In this document: positions 60,930-64,000 of the stretch, one piece after another | How positions within the stretch are numbered: the stretch's first letter is position 1 | Layout of the letters: each line of letters starts with the position of its first letter | Assembly (NCBI GenBank): GCA_027036135.1 | Contig: JALVSY010000030.1 | Location: 246,222-310,221, forward strand | Length of the DNA: 64,000 nucleotides | Reading direction: 5' to 3' | Source: Pyrodictiaceae archaeon | GTDB lineage: Archaea > Thermoproteota > Thermoprotei_A > Sulfolobales > Pyrodictiaceae | Program-made: the position numbers and the translations under genes | Notes under the pieces: generated by a model | Database searches by the model: none | What the model was told of the DNA's origin: nothing | The model's input: only the letters and a program-made list of their open reading frames with translations

Positions 60930-61277
60930 TCACTTTCTTTTAATCCTTATACGCGGCTCTCTGTGAGTACGCTCATAGATAAGTGCTAGTATCTTCTTAA
61001 CAGTTTCCTCATCGACTGGCGGCTTTATTTGACCCGATTGAACTAGTGCTATTAGGTTATCCTCCACTATGCGCGCAAGCTCTGGGCGTACGAGTTTGAC
61101 GTTGGCCAGTCTCTCCCTAGCCTCGGGGGTCAATATTGAGCGGAGAAGTGCCTCTCTCCTGGCCTCCTCCTCTTGCTGCTTCTTCCTAAGCTCCTCCTCC
61201 ATTGCTAAGCGGCGTTGAAGCTCTAATAGCTTCCTCCTCTTTATCTCTTCCAGCTCATCGTCATAGTATTCTGCCAT
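60930..61277 (-). CDS. PDCD5-like DNA-binding protein
   Basis: ELEEIKRRKL, ILTPEARERL.N..LVRPE. Confidence 0.93.
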   Translation of the reverse strand: MAEYYDDELEEIKRRKLLELQRRLAMEEELRKKQQEEEARREALLRSILTPEARERLANVKLVRPELARIVEDNLIALVQSGQIKPPVDEETVKKILALIYERTHREPRIRIKRK

Positions 61278-61484
61278 ACTCGCGTCACCCAGAAGAGCGT
61301 AACGGCTCTACCTCTTATTAAAAGCTAAGCACATAGTCCTGCTAAGAGTAAAATAAGTTATAAACTCGTAATAAGGAGTTGTAACAAAGCAGGATCATAA
61401 ATGGTACAGCGGTAAAATATCTATTCTATCCTTGTTGAATTAGTGTTATACAAAACGATTAAGAGGATGTATTTGTGCTAAAAA

Positions 61485-61946
61485 CTAGGCAAGATACTTC
61501 TTCAGAGCAGGGTTCTTTTCGGCTAGTTCTTTTAGAATCTCGTAAGCAGTGTTATCCAGGAGGCTTCGGCCCTTAGGGCTAAGCACTCTGCCCTTACCCT
61601 TTATGCGTACGACGAGTCCAGCGCGTTCGAGCTGCTGTAGAATCTTTCTTATCACTGCGCCCGAGCCTTTCCTAAAGTGTTCTGGCGCAGATCCCCTGTT
61701 AATCCTTCCACCATAGGCGGTGCGAAGCCTCTCTATCCCTACTGGGGTTCCGCGCTTGTACAGCTTGCGTAGAATAGATGCTGCTCTATAGTACCACCAG
61801 TCTGGATCCTCCGGTGGATGCTCCTTGAATGTACCAGTCTTTACGTAGAAAGCCCATGCTGGTGGTCTTACTTGCGGCATAGCCTTTAGCTTCTCTGCTA
61901 GCCTCTCTATTAGTAGATCCGCTGGAACCTCGAGCGCCGTAACCAT
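61485..61946 (-). CDS. rps19e: 30S ribosomal protein S19e
   Basis: [25 protein letters not shown]. Confidence 0.97.
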   Translation of the reverse strand: MVTALEVPADLLIERLAEKLKAMPQVRPPAWAFYVKTGTFKEHPPEDPDWWYYRAASILRKLYKRGTPVGIERLRTAYGGRINRGSAPEHFRKGSGAVIRKILQQLERAGLVVRIKGKGRVLSPKGRSLLDNTAYEILKELAEKNPALKKYLA

Positions 61947-62296
61947 CGGCTCTTCTCCCCGCTAATCTTGCTCCCCTGGCTCTGCGCTTTATATCTTTGA
62001 CCTAGTGGTTCTCTTCTTTCTTCTCTAGTCTTTGGGCGATATAGTACAAACGTCCTGCCTCTAACATCGAGGAGCATTGCACTAAGGGCTGAAGCCACTC
62101 TTGAAGCTAGTTCTTTCCGGTCAAGGCCAGTGACCTTCAGGGCGCTTCTCAGCGCCTTCACCTTCACTACGCCTTTGTCCTCGAGATGTCTATCTATCTC
62201 CCTAAGCATGCCTTCACTTAGCCCATTCTTCCCTATAATCACGTCAGCTCTTCTTTGCTGAACTATCTCTTTTAGCTTTCTCAGATTCTGTACCAC
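61910..62296 (-). CDS. YhbY/CRM RNA-binding protein
   Basis: [21 protein letters not shown]; GTG 62296. Confidence 0.9.
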   Translation of the reverse strand: MVQNLRKLKEIVQQRRADVIIGKNGLSEGMLREIDRHLEDKGVVKVKALRSALKVTGLDRKELASRVASALSAMLLDVRGRTFVLYRPKTREERREPLGQRYKAQSQGSKISGEKSRWLRRSRFQRIY

Positions 62297-62630
62297 TATG
62301 TCTCCCCTTAACCCGTAGAATGAAGCGACGCTTATAGCCACATATGGTACAGGTAACTACAAGCCTTGTAACTCTCCCATCCCGTCTAAGGCGATAAGTA
62401 GCTGTTAGCCCCGGGACTAGCGGGGCGCCACAGTTCTTGCATACCATTCTTCGAAGCACAAAGGGTTTTCTCAGCTTAATGCGCTTACGGAGCTCCTCAG
62501 CGTCCTTAATAAGCTGGCGAGCCTCCTCGACCCTGCCCTCACGTGTTAGGCGTACGGCTTCGTCAAAGAGTATCCTTATTCCCTGGTAGCCTATGTCGCG
62601 AACAATATCCTTAAGCCTTGTCCGCGCCAA
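62244..62630 (-). CDS. rnp4: RNase P protein component 4 (Rpp21)
   Basis: CKNC..PLVPG.TA..R...TC..CG..RRF. Confidence 0.92.
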   Translation of the reverse strand: MARTRLKDIVRDIGYQGIRILFDEAVRLTREGRVEEARQLIKDAEELRKRIKLRKPFVLRRMVCKNCGAPLVPGLTATYRLRRDGRVTRLVVTCTICGYKRRFILRVKGRHSGTESEKAKRDSSAKKS

Positions 62631-62659
62631 GATAAGATATCCTCCCCTGGGCGGCTAGC

Positions 62660-63349
62660 GTGGCTGAGCGCTTCAAACTAGTCATAGCCGAGGCAGCACT
62701 AGAACTAGTGCCTAGAGAATTATGGGGGCATCCCTCCGTCTATAAAGCTGCTCGCAAACGGGGAAAAAGACCGGGAGAAACACTGCTGGATAGCACCCTG
62801 CATCACCAAGCTATGAAGAAGCTGCCAGAAAGCCCACGGCGCGGTAGACCAGACATAGTCCACATAGAGCTCCTAGAAGCGCTTGAGAGCCCCCTTAATA
62901 AGAAAGGGTTCCTGGAAACGTATGTGCATACCTATAACGACTATGTCTTACACGTTAATCCGGATACACGTATACCTAGAAACTACAACCGCTTCATAGG
63001 GCTCATGGAGCAACTACTAACCCTTGGCCAAGTACCGCCGCCACCAGCCAAGCCACTAATGCGCGCAGAGCCTATGAATCTCGAGAAGCTATTAATACGA
63101 CTGAGCCCGTGCAAGACGGTGGCGATAAGCGATTCCGGCGAGCAAGCAAGCTTCAGGGAAATAGCAATAAGGGTATCAGAAATGCCCTGTACAATCATAC
63201 TGGTCAAGGGGTTTCCCCACGAAGACTTCGATGCAAAAACGCTATCTCTTGTCGACGAAGTATATGCGCCAAAGATAAAAGGGCTAGAACCATGGATACA
63301 TTTATCACACCTACTAGCACACCTAGCTGATATACTAGGCATAGCCTAG
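62660..63349 (+). CDS. nep1: rRNA small-subunit methyltransferase Nep1
   Basis: EAALELVP, LDS..H, RGRPDIVH, RIPRNYNRF.GLMEQL. Confidence 0.95.
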   Translation: MAERFKLVIAEAALELVPRELWGHPSVYKAARKRGKRPGETLLDSTLHHQAMKKLPESPRRGRPDIVHIELLEALESPLNKKGFLETYVHTYNDYVLHVNPDTRIPRNYNRFIGLMEQLLTLGQVPPPPAKPLMRAEPMNLEKLLIRLSPCKTVAISDSGEQASFREIAIRVSEMPCTIILVKGFPHEDFDAKTLSLVDEVYAPKIKGLEPWIHLSHLLAHLADILGIA

Positions 63350-63363
63350 GTGAGGCGAAGCAA

Positions 63364-63720
63364 TTGAACATCGTACTAGGCCTTGACTCAACGGTATCGT
63401 TGCTAGAGAACATACAACTATTCCTCATAGTATTCGTACTAATAGTATACGGCATGGGTGCTCCAAAGAAAATAGTCCTTGCAACACTATACCTAATGGC
63501 AATACTACACATAGCATTCATAATATCATACGCAAAGGCATATGGGCTCAAACTAGTAATAAGACCATTCCTAGACATATTCATACAAACAAGCACAGAA
63601 AGAGCATCAGCAATGATAGACGTAGCACAAATAATCATAGCGATAATCATAATAGATTATGTATTATCAATTCTGCGCAGGAGAAAGGAAAGTCAAGTAA
63701 GAGAAAGGAAAGTCAAGTAA
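63364..63720 (+). CDS. Small membrane protein
   Basis: Three hydrophobic helices, basic tail. Confidence 0.6.
   Translation: MNIVLGLDSTVSLLENIQLFLIVFVLIVYGMGAPKKIVLATLYLMAILHIAFIISYAKAYGLKLVIRPFLDIFIQTSTERASAMIDVAQIIIAIIIIDYVLSILRRRKESQVRERKVK
63681..63720 (+). repeat. Perfect 20-bp tandem duplication GAGAAAGGAAAGTCAAGTAA x2
   Basis: Read directly. Confidence 0.95.
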
Positions 63721-63784
63721 CAAATATAACCCCCACTTCAAACCAAGAACTCTACCAATAATGGCGAAAAACAGCTGCGCGGTT

Positions 63785-63862
63785 GCCGCGGTAGTATAGC
63801 CCGGCCAAGTATGCGGGCCTCTCGAGCCCGTGACCCGGGTTCAAATCCCGGCCGCGGCACCA
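63785..63862 (+). tRNA. tRNA-Glu(CTC)
   Basis: GCCGCGG...CCGCGGC ACCA; CGGGC-CTCTCGA-GCCCG. Confidence 0.97.
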
Positions 63863-64000
63863 ATTCCCCAACACCTCTCCTATCAACTCCTCGTGCAACT
63901 CTACGTTGCATGGTTCATGTCTCAGCCGTGCAACATAAGTATGAGAATCCATCCCGCTTATCACGGGTTCCTGGGCGTGGGTTGGTACTCTCAGCTAGAC

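Noticed and set aside
1-64000. CRISPR array, rRNA, intact integrase or transposase
   Set aside because: No regularly spaced repeats or diagnostic motifs found by eye

Overview
Hyperthermophilic crenarchaeal chromosome segment; gene content and style point to Desulfurococcales, most likely Pyrodictiaceae (inference). 1-20.8 kb is housekeeping: dph2, csl4, rpoL, tfs, the PCNA-priS-gins15-L44e-S27e-aIF2a-nop10 cluster, carS, Clp1, archaeal mevalonate enzymes, tRNA-Leu, FAU-1 and iorAB. About 20.9-43.4 kb is a mosaic accessory island around an intron-containing tRNA-Pro. It holds TA modules separated by degenerate tRNA-Arg 3' halves, three paralogous Zn-hydrolase-like genes, a frameshifted putative defence operon, and a free-standing LAGLIDADG plus HerA-like ATPase unit bracketed by GC-rich structured hairpins. 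It also holds a very AT-rich radical-SAM/peptide/ABC cluster that looks like an archaeal epimerised-peptide (RiPP) system; its first, Tat-signal gene is out of frame in an (AT)8 microsatellite. 43.4-47.3 kb has cobB, GDPD, tRNA-Gln, tRNA-Met and folP. 47.3-50.9 kb is a second AT-rich island at tRNA-Arg(TCT). 51-64 kb is the alaS / L10-L1-L11-spt5-secE-ftsY-pfdA-eIF6 / S19e / nep1 region with tRNA-Glu. No CRISPR array, rRNA or intact integrase/transposase was seen. All protein calls come from motif recognition and synteny, not database searches.
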